Shown here piece by piece: positions 32,372-45,561 of a stretch of DNA of 64,000 bases. Position numbers and translations under genes: made by a program. The DNA is from Rhodosorus marinus CCMP1338 (Eukaryota; Plantae; Rhodophyta), in NCBI GenBank assembly GCA_029953675.1, contig JAMWBK010000012.1:434001-498000 (forward strand). The letters run 5' to 3'. Within the stretch, counting starts at the first letter, position 1, and each line of letters opens with the position of its first letter. The notes beneath the pieces are model-generated. The model did not search any database and was not told the origin of the DNA. It saw only the letters and a list, made by a program, of their open reading frames with translations.

Positions 32372-33789
32372 CTTACCTCTGCACTCAACCACTCCCTGCG
32401 CGTCCTACTCCTCCTTATCGACGAACACAAAAATCACTAGACGCCACAGCTCAAAACATCTGCTGCCAAGCTCTGTCAACCTCCCTACACCATCCGAGAC
32501 CTACAGCATATGTATATATAGCCAACTGGGCCAGCTTGTCAAAGCGCACCTGAAGATGTCCAGAGAGTACACATAAGCACAAGTAAAACCACCACCAATA
32601 GCAATGAAACCCGCAAAAAACCCTTTTCCTGGGTGAAAAGGAGACCAAGCGTGCTAGTGGTGTTCTTGGGGGTAGGTAGCTGCCGAATAACAACTGCCGG
32701 GCATGGTCGTGTCCGTCGCAAGCGCCCATAACCCGGCCTCCAACCATCACTTAATCGCCAGTCCACGGGTTTTCACTAGGGGTACAGAGCTTTACGCGAA
32801 GGTGAGCAATCCTTATATCTATCAAAGCCAAGCCATCTAAGCGAAGCAGCAGGGTAACTTGTACACAACGGTAGGAAACACCTAGTAACCCACGGGGGAC
32901 GAGCATAGGGGAAGTAAAACTATCAACTGTTCGGGAGCCGTCAGCCGTCACTTGGCTCTCACGGAACAGTCATCGAAGCCAACGGGAGCTAAGCGACTTT
33001 GATTAATTAACGAGATATTCGCAAAGTCCCCATACTTCAGAAGAAAATACGCTCTGTACCGCGGACACGGGAGAATACTGGTGGTTTGCTGAACCAATCG
33101 GCGTGAAAAAAAAACATTGTTGGCGTCACTAAATACGGACAAGAGAGATTACCCCTACCTCCCCCCTCCTCCCGCCCCCCCCCCGCAACTTGGTCCCTCT
33201 TCAGCCTTTTCGCTCCGCTGCTTTTTTAGTGAAATATAAGATGATTCTGAGCGCTGGGCTTTACTAACGGAAGCATCACCGTTTTTGAGAAAGGAAGAGG
33301 AAGGGGGGAAAGCTCACTGTTTTTGATCCAGCAGTCGTTGTAGCCGCGAAGCATGGCATATTTAGAGTTCTCGATGGGATGACAAGTTGTGCTATAAGAC
33401 TAAAAACATCGTTGGGAAAGAATGACCACTGTCGCCTACACACCAACACGCCACTCCAACGGAAAAAAAGAAGAAAAGCGATGGGAAACAAGGGTTGCTG
33501 ACGTCGTAACATGGAATGAACGTTGTAGCCTGGCGTCGTTCTAACAGACAAACAAGAAACGCAAAAAAAGGCGTTGGGAAACGGTTGAGGACTCCTACTT
33601 CACGGTGGATGCCACTTCTGTGCATTTTTTTTGCGAGGGGTCCCGTGCCCGGGAAAATCTGGCTTTTTCTAGGTGCCGTGGTCCGGAGGGGGCGTTTACT
33701 GTTTCCGTTGGGTGCGCCAGAGACGTGTGGTATTCGTTTATTCTGTAGTACGTGTTCTAACTTTGCTATTCGACAAAACTAAGACAAAT

Positions 33790-36215
33790 ATATCTGGAAA
33801 AGTCAAGCTTGGAGTGGCTGCGCAAGAATTTTACCGAACATCCTTAAGAATTTCTGTGCTCCTCCCCCGCCGTTTAAGCATCGCTCTCTGGTGGTATTCT
33901 AGCAACATGCTCGACGAGGGCCGCCATCGCCGCCTGGGCTTACATGCTCTTATCTCTAGTCCCTAGTTTCCTTTTACGTCGTAGAGCATATGCCAGTAAG
34001 CCAGTAAAACCACGCCCAGATCAATCTCGGACTCTGCACCGCCCCGTTGTATAGCCGATCTCCTCGTCTCCGACGCTGCTGCCAGACGCTCAACATATGT
34101 GGACCTTGCGATTACCTGCCCCGTGGCCAGCGCCCACCTCACCGCAGCCGCCCGCCGCCGGGGGGCCGCGGCTTCAGCCCTTCGAAGAGTTAAGGAACGA
34201 CGGTATGCTGAGAGCATGGCCAGTCTGCCTTGCGCTGAGGGTCGCTCTCACCGGTTCCAGCCATTCATTGTGGAAAGCTTTGGTCACGTGGATAAGTCGG
34301 GTTTAGAGTGGTTGCGGAAATGTTTTGCTGAGCATCCTACTGACTATTTGGCGCTCTTGAGGCGTTTAAGTGTCTCCCTTTGGCGATATTCCAGCGACAT
34401 GCTTTCCGAGGCGCGCCATCGGCGCCTGGGGTTGCATGCTTCCCTCCCTAGTTATTAGTTCATCTTCACTCCTTGCGTAGCGCTTCAGGCTATGCTAGTA
34501 AAGTCCAAGTCCAGTAAAGTCCAGTCCAATAAAACCAGTAAACGAGTGACAACTTCGTGCAAGACTTCTGCGAACGAGTTTTAGCGCGCCATAAGCAGTT
34601 CACTGACGCCATTGAGCGCATACCGGACAGCATGCTACAAACTGCAAGCCTGCTTTCCCGCTTTTGTGCCGCCCCCCGGCTGAATTACTGGCTGCGAAGC
34701 CTTCCACCACTTTGGGGTTCGTGGATGGCAGCCAAGGCGGACGAGGCGATGCTTAAGCACTGGGGAACTCTCTTGGGTGAACCTCTGGATGTTGAAGCGG
34801 CTCCTGAGAGGGACCTAATTCGTGCCCAGATTTCCCTACCGTTGCGATTAGGTGGATTTGGAGTGGCCGACCGTGGACTTGTATCCTCGCCCGCGGCAGT
34901 CGCCTCCTGGGCTACCGCGCTTCGCACCTTGGTGAGTTTTCGGATGCGAAGTGCCTGCCTTTTGGCTAGAGCACTGACTAGCGAAGACCCCGCGACCCTT
35001 CCGCCACCGCTTTTGAGTATCTACGATGCTCTGTAACAGGCGTTTAGTAAGTTCAACGCCGTGCCGGACGAGAATCGATCCAGGTTCCGCTCCTGGAGAA
35101 AGCTGTTATGGGGACGTACTGAGGCGATCGAGGACTCTCCCATCGACAGAGTCCTCGTAGACGAGGGGGAAGCCAGTCCCGGGTCATCTGTTCCAGATTA
35201 CCCGGGTCTGAGCCGATTGTGGAGCTAGCGCACTGATGTGATTCAACATAGACTCACCTGGGGCCAACACAATGCCGCTCACGCAATCTTGCTCAACTCT
35301 CCCCTCACACAACCTACCACCGCCGCTCCCCTCCGCGGCATGGGAGGCAACCCGTCGCACTTGTGGTTGACCACGCTTCCTTCGTCAATGGGTCGCCGTC
35401 TCGATGCATTTCAGTTCCGCTCTGCTGCACAGATCTATCTGGGTTTACCACAAGCTCCGTGGCACTCTAATCGGCCGTATTTCTGTCAGGGATGTGAGAG
35501 TCGGATCGATGCTTGTGGTTACCACTTCTTAGGTTCATGCGGACTGTTGAGAGGTCTTCGTACGAGGCGTCACAGTCGCTTCAAGTACATTCTCAGCGAA
35601 TGTTTGACTCGGGTAGGGCATACGGTTGAGGCGGAATCGGAACTATCCAGATAGGTCTCGGACACGGCACCGCCCTGCTGTATCGTAGATCTCCTCGTCT
35701 CTGATGCAGCCGCCAGACGCTCAGCATATGTTGATCTCGCGATTACATGCCCTGTGACAAGCGTCCATCTCACGGCTGCCGCCCGCCGTCGGGGAGCAGC
35801 GGTTTCGGCCCTTCGCCGCGTGAAGGAACGACGGTATGCTGAGAGTATGGAAAGTATGCCTGGCGCTGAGGGTCGCTCCCACCGGTTCCAGCCTTTCATT
35901 GTGGAAAGCTTTGCTCACGTGGAGAAGTCGGGTTTGGAGTGGTTGCGGAAATGTTTTACTGAGCATCCTGTTGAATACTTGGAACTTTTTCGGCGTTTAA
36001 GTGTCTCTCTGTGGCGATATTCGAGCAGCACACTTGCCGAAGCGCGCCATAGGCGCCTGGGTTTGCATGCTTCCCTACCTAGTTCTTAGTTCCTTTTCAG
36101 GCCTTGAGTAGCGCTTCAGGCTATGCTAATAAAGCAGCGTAGCGCTTTAGGCTATGCTAGTGCTAGTAAAGCCCAATAAAACCTAATAAAGCAGTAAACG
36201 AACAAAACCAGTAGA
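33790..36215 (+). mobile_element. Head-to-tail array: old A (33790-34013), young A (34014-34543), A' (34548-36135), mini A (36136-36160), tail
   Basis: Each unit ends in hairpin/tail and abuts the truncated 5' end of the next. Confidence 0.88.
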
Positions 36216-36339
36216 CCATCAGTATTTGTCACCCTCCGTGGTGTCATTGTCCTCCTTCTGTTGCGGAAATTTGTCTGCTTGTTACAGTGTCGGTTTTCCC
36301 AGCATGGTCTTAAGCACTTGCGCATAAATTAATACGAGC

Positions 36340-36960
36340 TGATACTGCTTACTCGAACTACAGAATGTAGTGCTAGGGTTTGGATGCGCTGGAAAGGTAA
36401 AAGAGAGGCCGTACTAAGGACACCCAAGGGCGGGGTACAATGCTACATTCTATGGGAAACAGTGTCCAAACGTTATCACCTTTGCATGGATCGCCAAGCG
36501 AGCGGTACCACACCATATTTCTCGATTCAGATCCTTTCGCACAGGATTTTGTGCGTCCGTGTTGTGTGCGAGATGTTTAGTAGCAAACTGAGGACGAGAA
36601 ACGAAAGCGCGCCAGTCGAGGTGGCAGTAGCGAGACTCGGCTTGCGTGCTGCTAGGATATCGCCATGCCAGAGACATTGAATCGGCGTAGGAGGACAAGA
36701 TATTGCACGGTTTTGATAGGCAGAGCAAAATTTGCGAAACACTCCAAGCTTGGCTTTTTAAAATGACCAAAGTTTGCCACTAAGGGTGAAATCACCTTTG
36801 CGGGCAGACCTCAGCACGATTGCCATTGTTCTCAGCGTACCGGCGCTCATTCTGTCGGCGAAGAATAGCAGAGGATGCACATCGGTGTAGGGCAGAGCAT
36901 CGGAGAAGTGTACTTGACACTGGGAAGGTGACGGCGAGGTCGTCATATTCTGAGCGTCTG
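36340..36960 (-). mobile_element. Degenerate family C 3' fragment
   Basis: DLNREIWCGTARLAIHA vs DLNRELWRGTARLAIHA in C; hairpin actac-agaat-gtagt (36357-36371). Confidence 0.75.
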
Positions 36961-38545
36961 GCTACGGTTTCCTTCTGCCATATGAACGCGTTTTGATGCT
37001 GGGGGCCTGTGATATTCGCCTTCAGTATTCTACTTCTTCTCCATTGGGTTGTTTTCTTCAGTCTTCGAAGAATCTTCATCTCCAGAATAAACACATTCAT
37101 CCAATGCCGTTCTTGAAAGCGAAATTGAGTCGGCTGAATCTGTTTCTAAAATTAGCTCTGCGCTTGTGGAGAAATTTATAATTTTATATTTATTTTCGAT
37201 ATATGGCGAATAATTAGTGATATTCACCTTTTGGGATGTATGTGATGGATGGATTCTCGGGTGGATTTAATGGTTTTTACGAACATACCCTGAGGCGCTA
37301 CTCTAGTGCTGGAAGGGAAATTTGGTTCCATAGGTAGTAGCAAGTTGACAAAGAAGCGAGAGTACACTCAGGGGAGGGAAGGTAGCACCTATCTTTTTGG
37401 AGGTTTGCTTCTAGTGGGGATGTGCCAAGCCATGTAGTGGAAAAGGCGATCTTGAACGCAATGGATGCGAGTGGATTCTGGGATTAATAGAGCGCTACGG
37501 TAGATAGCAGCTGAATAAAGGCTACGGGGTTGGTACGATACGGAAAGTATGTTCGGCGAGTTGGAAGAAGGGGACAAGCTGAGGCGATCAAAACCGTGGA
37601 AGGGGTGAAAATGAATTATACCCTGCTGGAAGCGTGTATTCCCTTTTTTTTCAATATTTCTTAGTCCCGTTCTCTGCAAAAAAGAAAGTTTGAATGAATG
37701 CATTTATTCGCAATCAGTGGTAATCGCGGCACCCGAAAATCCGCAGGGACGAGCTGATTCCAAAGGCTAGCCTTTCCCTGGCTGATTGTGGGCATTCAGA
37801 AGAGCTTGAATTTTGATAGTCCAGTTGGAGTTTTATTAGACCCTCTTGGCTCTGTCAAGGTTCGTGCTGCCCCGCCTCACGTAAATGTCGGGGGAGACCA
37901 ATACAGTACTCGATGTGGAACCCTCTCTCAGAAACATCTGCACGGACGAGCTGAAGCGGAAAGCTAGCCTTTTCTCTGCCGAACGTGGAGGTTAAGAAGG
38001 GGTTGGAAGGCGGCTTGTTATTCTATACCAACTCTTGGTTCCGTGAAGGGTTTCGATTGTACCACCCTGCTCCACCCCAAAACTATAAAAAATCTGACCA
38101 ATGTCCACATGCAGCCAAGGCACTTCCCGCAGCGAGCCTGGATTTTCTCCATGCAGCCAACATCCGAGTAAGTTGGCTCCTTGCAAGAAAGCAGTACGTA
38201 CCGCACTCTGGAATGACTGCTTTTTCCCGGGCGACGCGTCTGATTGGAGGGTAAAGCTACAACTGTTATGAAGTAACCATGAATGTACTAGCAACCACGG
38301 ACAGTGGGGCCAAAGAGCGCTACACAACTATAGAACGTAAGGAGCCCCCTCAGCCGGTACCTTGGACTGAATGAATTTGTTTACCTTAGACTACCGCATA
38401 TACCAATGCAGCTGGAAGACAAAGACCAACACGGAATCCAAAAGTGTTTATATAGAGATACAAGGATTGAACTGTTTACTATGGCCTCTGCTCGTCTCAG
38501 CTGAAAAACTCTACACCTTGGATTGGAAGAGACACATACTGAATC

Positions 38546-39529
38546 ATGGCGTGGAGAAGAACACTATTGCTCGGGTTCATTGGTATTGTTTGGGGGGCAT
38601 CGCTGGCAACGGCTTTGGTGATAAGCACTCGGACCTCTACCAGTGAGCTGTACCAGCGACAGTTTGATAATGAAGTTGCCACGCGTGCCGCGGACGGTAT
38701 ACATCTAGCTGCTGAATATGGGATTCAGCTTGTTGCAGCCGCAAAAACGAACCTTACGGGATGTATCGAGGTACAAGATATTATGATGGAGAGGATGGCT
38801 GCTAATATAGACTGCGACGCGACCTCAGTGTTAAGGCAGACAAGTGATGAATGCACCAACTGCTGCCCAACGATGAGAGCCCTAATATTGGCCATCTCCG
38901 TTGGAGTTCTGGAGCTCCCACCTTCTTCGTTGACGGTGTACATCGGGAACAAAAACTTACCGATAGTTTCTAAAACGGTTTCCTACAAATACGAATCGAC
39001 GGATAAGCGCGACGAACAACTCAATTGCCCTCTAACAAAGATTATCAAGGTTAAAAAACTAGTTGTCGCCGGGGTGAAGATATCAAAATCTGAAAGTACC
39101 CAAGGTTACTCAATCGAGGAGAGCTGTGTTTCGCTGAGGATTCTCGAGAGTAAGAATCTTCTTGAATTAGTTGACAATGTGAACAGCTCCCAAGAACGTT
39201 ACGACAACGCGCTCGAAGAAAACGCAGATGCGGTTTTTGGGAGCACTATTAGCGTTGAAAATCTTATGGACGAGGGTGCGCTCGAATGTGATCGGACCAT
39301 CTCCAGTTGTGGAAATAGCAAAGCGGATGTGTATCTCAAATGCAATGCAAACGCAATCTCAAAGGAGGACGGTTCGTTCTCGTCGGAATCTTGCACAGGT
39401 GAGCGGACCGTCGAAGTTGAAATTGGCGATGCGGTCGCCATGGAAAGCGGATTGGAAATCCTTTTCCAACAAGTCAGTGACCAACTTGTCGGTAAGATTA
39501 CGCAAACAATGAGTGAGCCCGATCGATAG
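38546..39529 (+). CDS. Secreted or membrane-anchored Cys-rich hypothetical protein (327 aa)
   Basis: N-terminal hydrophobic segment, long intact ORF, 12 Cys. Confidence 0.7.
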   Translation: MAWRRTLLLGFIGIVWGASLATALVISTRTSTSELYQRQFDNEVATRAADGIHLAAEYGIQLVAAAKTNLTGCIEVQDIMMERMAANIDCDATSVLRQTSDECTNCCPTMRALILAISVGVLELPPSSLTVYIGNKNLPIVSKTVSYKYESTDKRDEQLNCPLTKIIKVKKLVVAGVKISKSESTQGYSIEESCVSLRILESKNLLELVDNVNSSQERYDNALEENADAVFGSTISVENLMDEGALECDRTISSCGNSKADVYLKCNANAISKEDGSFSSESCTGERTVEVEIGDAVAMESGLEILFQQVSDQLVGKITQTMSEPDR

Positions 39530-40194
39530 GGCGAGAGGAATACCCTCGGCTAACATCAAACTACCTACTTGAGCGTGGGTTGAACGCTGACTAACCCATC
39601 TAGAAGTATAGCGGTAAGCCACACGGGCCATGGTAAATATTCTGCTCCCTGGTGCATGATTAGTGTTTCTCTATTCGGCCGTAAATAAATTCATAGAAGA
39701 AGCTGGTTCTCTAAATATTGCCTCGTTTTCATTTGCCTGATTAAACCTCTGCCCAGAGTTGTTTTCCGCCGTACTGTCAATCTCAGGGGGCAACAGAGCC
39801 GATTACAAATGAAAGAGCCCCCTTGACGTGGTAGGAGACTAGCAAACCATCACAGAACCGCCATGACTATAGTAACTCACCTCTTGCATTTTCTCCTTAT
39901 GTTCTCCCTTCTGTTTTGTCTCGTGGTAGTGCCACCGCCCGTGGTTGAATGTAAAATCCTCGATAAGACCACCCAAGAAGCCGCTCCTTAACCTCGGCGA
40001 AGGTATTGGCTTGCACGCTGTGCAGATATGTTTCATAGCGCGCAAATCATTCCAAGCTCGGAACTTCCTGCCAATCATCCTTTATCGCTGTGTTATTAGC
40101 GATTATGTCGGTGCAAAAGTCTCCCAGCTAAACGCAGACTTAGGTCAAGGACATGCACCTACCCCCTGGCTCCCGTTGAATGAATTTATTTAAC

Positions 40195-40458
40195 AGGAGA
40201 CCCTAAAAAGAAAAACAACCCGAGAGCAAAAAAAAAGACTAAGCGCGGCGAAGATCGCGTGTCTCCAACATCAAAGCAGCGTTCACACGCACCAGCAAGA
40301 AGCATAAACGGGTGAACAACGACGACAGACCGTCAGGGCGTTCGCGGAACAATTGCCGAAGCCAAAGAGAACCAACGGAATCCATAAACCCAAAGCACTC
40401 AATGACCAGATATATCATGGGTCATTGAATGCTTTGGGTTTATGGATTCCGTTGGTTC
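40195..40458 (-). mobile_element. Family B' 3' fragment ending in a 39-bp fold-back at its 5' truncation point
   Basis: Arms 40369-40407 and 40420-40458 (1 mismatch), 12-nt spacer. Confidence 0.85.
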
Positions 40459-40509
40459 ACGAATGTCGGGGAAATACAAAGCCCATACATTTTTCAACTC
40501 TTTGCGAGT

Positions 40510-41740
40510 TCTCATACTGGCGAGGTTAAATCCACGACGTTCTACCGCAGCCGGCAAATATCGGAGCTAGCCTGAGGATTAGGATCGGCAACATCAACGT
40601 ACGTTGTACGGCGGTTACCTCGAGGTCAGCCACTCGGTGTTCTTCATTTAGTAGTCGGCGACAAGCACGGCATGTACAGGAAGCTGTGCGGGTCGCGGGG
40701 CCTCGAACACACGCAAAAGCGACTCCCCAGACAGTTGCTTGCACGCCGGCAGGGGGGCTGTTCAGGAGGACGTCGCCGATTGGAGCTCCAGGAACAAAGT
40801 ACGGGCATTTTCAGAGCCACTAGAATGTAGATAATCACTGGAAAGACTGACCTCCACTATCTGGCAACTTGACACGCCCAACGCTCTCAACGTCGTCGGG
40901 AGAGCGGTTCCCCAAGATGCGACCACGGCCACTGGCTGGAAAGCAGCTCGATTACAGAGGCCTAGACCGCCCAGCCGCAGGGAGGCCCACTTGGGCACGA
41001 ACGACATCACGGGTTGGGTGCGGAAGATGACCCAGCTCCTCAGCTAAGAAATATCGCAGCTCAACAAATCTCTCGTCGTCGGCACGGGTTGCCAGCCTCC
41101 GGCCCCAGCGAGTCGGGAGCGAGCAGAACCAATAGGTGAGCCGTTGACGGCAACAATATCGATACAGCAGCAACGAACACTACAGGAAGTGACGTGGCGA
41201 AGAGGACCCATAGGGGATGTCCACGTAGAAAAACCCTCCGGACACCAAATATCCCGCAAACGAGCGGGGACCTGCTGCTCTTGAATGCCCCCTCCTCCCC
41301 AGAGGAACAACTTTGCATGATTGACTTCGAAATCGATGGGGGATGCCAGTGTACGGAGACGATCATAAGCCGCCGCGAAATCATCTGGAGGCCTAATGAG
41401 GCAGACATCATCGTTGTAACCCACTGTGCGGACTTCCGGGAACTCGGAACGCAGCTCAGCAAAATGACCTGGCGCCCACAGGTGTGCAACAAAGCCGCCA
41501 AGGGGTCACTCTGTAGAACCCCCCTCCGCGCCTCAAAGGAGTGCGAGGAAGGATCGAGGGTGTCATAGGTGGGCCCTAAACCCATCAAAGAGTAAGACGA
41601 CTAACAAAAGGAAAAGCTACAGAAGACCTGATGCACCACATGCCTGATGCCCGCTCGAGAGAGCGATTAAAGGGATTCCTAAAGTCCATGGATAATAACC
41701 CGTAACCCGGCTAGTAGGCCTTCATGCCCGTGTGGTTTCT
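40510..41740 (-). mobile_element. Degenerate family B-related RT/RLE fragment
   Basis: GVLQSDPLAALLHTCG, YNDDVCL, LLYRYCCRQRLTYW, LRLGGLGLCNR. Confidence 0.8.
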
Positions 41741-43357
41741 CGTTCGCAGCTCTCTCTGGAGTACACACGAGTCCAGAAAGTAGTAACCTAGAATGGGAAA
41801 CCACAACCGTGGATATGAATCTCATGGTCTTGACAAAAGGAGGGTCGGCTGCATTGTCAAGAGGCCTGGGGCAAACTAAGGTAGATCCATTCCTTAGTCC
41901 TGAATTGGAAAAAGTCCAGAAGCTCGCCCATCGACGAGGGTATTTTTATTGAACACCGGTTTCGCTCAAGATGTTGCGTAACGTCCACAAGAAATTCCGT
42001 CCTCGCCGGCCTAGTGCCAAAAGCCTCAACAGTAAAATGAACAAGGATACAACTATATAATATTGTGTCCCGGTATGGGCCAATTCAAAACCTCGAAGCC
42101 CTTTACTGTGCAGCCATGGTGGTTACGGCTAGGACTTTAGCCAGATTGGCTGCGGGAAACATTCCCAGGCAATTCTGGATGCGGTACAAGGTAATATTTT
42201 CTCGACGAACAAAGTGCCAGAACTCCCACATAGAGCTCTTCTCAGCGGCTACCATCCGAACAGTCATTTCGAATCACAATGGTTTGAAACTCCCGCATTG
42301 ATGCAAAAAAGATGAGCTCCAGCAATGCTCGAGAAGAACTCGCAATGTTCAAAAATAGCACTGGCGAAGAGTTGAGGAACATCATCGTATCCTCACACAG
42401 TGATCCTCCCGTATAGCAGGTTTTCGTCCATCCCGGTCTTGACAACCTGGCCGTGGCTCCTTGGGTCCGGCCCGCCTTGCCAAAGTCTACGTACACACCG
42501 CCATTGCTGACACTCACCGACCAGTAATTAAATAATCTATCAAACTTTAAGCCACAAGATGCTTTGGATGAAATCAAAACAGACCTCTATTCGTCTAAAT
42601 CAGCCATTGCCAGTACGGATTGGTTTAAAAACCCTGTTTAACCATATAATAAATAGTATATATCAAAATAGCCGATATGTATTGGATGAACCATTTATGA
42701 GGTCAAAACTAACAATATAAAGGATATAGCGCTTGACATAAGTATGGAATTACATAAATAAATTGACTTCTCGGAAGCCCAATGAGTAATTTTCAAAGAC
42801 AAAACCTGAACCTATCGAATCTATGAATAAAGTTATTATATCAGGGATTGCCTTCATGAATGATTTGTATTGGCTGTATCAATGTCATCCCGCCAGCACG
42901 AATTGGCTAGCATGATATTGTATTTAAGTATTAAATAATCAATATACAGATAAAATCATGTTTAACGAATAATTATTGGCTTATATGCCGGTGGACTTAC
43001 ATTAAAATGGGCTTCCTCTCTGCTTCCGTCAGATCCGATTTTAGAAACTCTACATCTAAGGTCTTACGTGCCCAAAACTAGAATTTTAAGTTCTAATCTA
43101 TTCTGGATTTTACAGGAATGAAGTACTTACTCATATATTGAGAGTGAATTGGCATAATCGGGTTATACTATAGCCTTGATCTTTAAAGTAGAATATTATT
43201 GACGTAAAAATTTGCTTGCGGGGATGAGAGAGTTGAGCAGAGTCAAGAAGATGGCGAGCCGATGCAACGCCATCTAGTGGATGGGCAGCCCACTTGGTGA
43301 GAATTCACAGTTTAGTCTATCAATCAAATGGATCTCTGGTTTATGCAGTATTGATAT

Positions 43358-43396
43358 TTTTTTATTTTTTTCAGCCTCCGATTAAACCATTCGTTC
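43358..43396 (+). mobile_element. Family B 39-nt 3' micro-insertion with 8-bp TSD
   Basis: TSD attgatat at 43350-43357 and 43397-43404; insert ...ttcagcctccgattaaaccattcgttc. Confidence 0.88.
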
Positions 43397-44160
43397 ATTG
43401 ATATGCTTTGCATTGGGCAATGGTTGGCTAATCAACTTGTCGCTGATGCAAGGTTGATGGGTTTGCCGGTTGTGCAGACAGGTGTCCGGGTTTTTGAGGA
43501 GGTGGTAGAAGGGGTATTCTGGCGGATGCTGAGTGCCCTGAGTCAAACTGCTTGCCCTTGCCGGTTCTGTGCGGACCGGAAATGGCATCCTTGCTGGCTA
43601 AAGTAACCAGAATTGGGACTCAGAGTAACCCGATCACTGGCTCCCGACCTCTGTTGAATATTTCTAAACCGTAAGCTGAATCCCACACGCCAAGCGTGTC
43701 CTTAACCCTCCCGCCCGCGTCGCTTTGCGAAGTCTATCGCCGGTCTGCTAACATCGTAATCTGATCAATGCTACCACACGGCCTTACAATGAAACCTCGC
43801 TTGCCTTGGATTTGCAGGTATCGAACAGGAGCCTCGCAAGACTTGCTGAAATCTGGACCCGAAATCACAGATCCCGGACCTGAACTCCTCACCGAGAAGC
43901 TCACTGGAGGAGAACCTTACTGACGTTACCCGAGCTCGAGATGGCTATTGTTCTGAGCCTTCGGCAAAAGTTACTGAGTCGTCCACACGGGGTCTGTATT
44001 GAGTACCGACTCAACGGAGACTTGAGATATGAGGCTTTCAAGTGTATAAAAGGAGGTGCGAGCGTAGTCTCTGTTGATGGTTGCTCTGGGTTGCTAGTCA
44101 GTAGACAAGGAGAAGAACAAGAAGACCGACAGAGAGACAGAGAGAACCAGCACAAGAAAG

Positions 44161-45561
44161 ATGAAGACCGGAGCAGTGTTGGCACTGATCCTGGCGTTCC
44201 TCGTTGTGGGAAGCCAGGCGACATATGAAGAGAGGGAGTTCTGCCTTCCTCGTGGTCCAGCGACGATAGGCATTCAGACCTACCTCAACTCGATCCACAT
44301 GTGTCTCGACAACTGGGGACCGTGGAAGGGAATCGGCCAGAGGTGGTACAATCCGGATGGAAGCTTCGTCGTCTTTCCTTCGGGAAAACAAATCCAACTG
44401 AAGGTGCTTCCGAGCAAGGCCAAGAAGGTCCCGAACAAGCCTGGTTTCAACCGTTGGTACGAGGCGTACGTCAAGGACGTATGCACTCAGGATATCGATT
44501 TCTACCCATATACCCACCCCAAACGGGGCCAGCTCAACGTTCTGAGGATCCACATGGAGAGCGCAGGACCGGAAGTGAAGATCGGATGCAGTAACACACG
44601 TACCGATAAGCCATGCAAGGCGCACTTCCTGAACCACGATATCTCCTTGAACAACTTCAACATCAGGATTTACTTCAAGTTGATGTCAACCAAAAACAAA
44701 CCGTCGTTTGTTCAGATGGTTCCCCAGTACGTCAAGGTGGACTTTGACATCAAGCCGGACTCGTGGGTCCTCGACAAACTGAACAACGTGATCAACTACT
44801 TCTACGACCTGAAGGGTTACCTTGTCAACGAAGTTGAGGAGGCTGTGATGGACGAACTGGAGAGAGATGACATCCAGGAGCAGCTCACCTTCGACCTGAA
44901 CGGAATGATCACAGACAAACTCATTGACTTTGTCAAATCGAGACTAGGAGATAGCAGCACGGTGTCCAAGTGGGTTGAAGACAACACGTCGATGAAGAGC
45001 TTCAAGGAGAAGAAGACTGAACTCTGCTTCACGGTCAGATATCCCAAGCCAGTGCACGCGCTCACGACCAAGATCCACTACTTCAGGGCGGTCGACCCTC
45101 TCGTGAAGAGGATGTGTCCATTCCAGTTTCCTTTCGAGAGCAGGGTCAGCGCAGACGCTCCTGTCAGCGGTTATGGTTATATCAGATATTCCGATGGAAC
45201 GAAGAGCGGCAACTTCAACTGGGGATTCTCGAAGCCCGGAAGCAGCACCGCTAAATTTTACAAGACCATTAGCGAGAATAAGTCCGGTAGGGCGATCCTC
45301 TACCTCAGGCATAAACTGTGGCATGGCGGTTGGATCACGAAGAGGTCGGCCTTCCTCATGAGGTTTGGATCTCCCTACAATGGACAATGTGAACTTGGGA
45401 TCAAGCTCAAGATGGGAACTTCCAGAATCGAGGCGGAGGAGGAGGAAGCCACCGCTGATGATTCGGGATTCGTCCACGGCGAGTACACCGGAGAGACTGA
45501 CCCGAATGAAGCTGATGATGATTTTGAGGAGGAGTTCGCTGATCTCAAAGATGAGGAGTGA
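44161..45561 (+). CDS. Secreted hypothetical protein (466 aa) with acidic C-terminal tail
   Basis: Signal peptide MKTGAVLALILAFLVVGSQA; intact intronless ORF with strong third-position C/G bias. Confidence 0.85.
   Translation: MKTGAVLALILAFLVVGSQATYEEREFCLPRGPATIGIQTYLNSIHMCLDNWGPWKGIGQRWYNPDGSFVVFPSGKQIQLKVLPSKAKKVPNKPGFNRWYEAYVKDVCTQDIDFYPYTHPKRGQLNVLRIHMESAGPEVKIGCSNTRTDKPCKAHFLNHDISLNNFNIRIYFKLMSTKNKPSFVQMVPQYVKVDFDIKPDSWVLDKLNNVINYFYDLKGYLVNEVEEAVMDELERDDIQEQLTFDLNGMITDKLIDFVKSRLGDSSTVSKWVEDNTSMKSFKEKKTELCFTVRYPKPVHALTTKIHYFRAVDPLVKRMCPFQFPFESRVSADAPVSGYGYIRYSDGTKSGNFNWGFSKPGSSTAKFYKTISENKSGRAILYLRHKLWHGGWITKRSAFLMRFGSPYNGQCELGIKLKMGTSRIEAEEEEATADDSGFVHGEYTGETDPNEADDDFEEEFADLKDEE

Noticed and set aside
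42500-43200. Ancient L1-type RT relic (IAFMNDLYW at ~42848) and related scraps near 830-1000, 23570-23760 and 43690-43900
   Set aside because: A single short motif amid many stops; family and boundaries cannot be supported without a search.
43258-43272. cgccatctagtgg resembling a CTCF motif
   Set aside because: Single occurrence, and no evidence that the host is a bilaterian.
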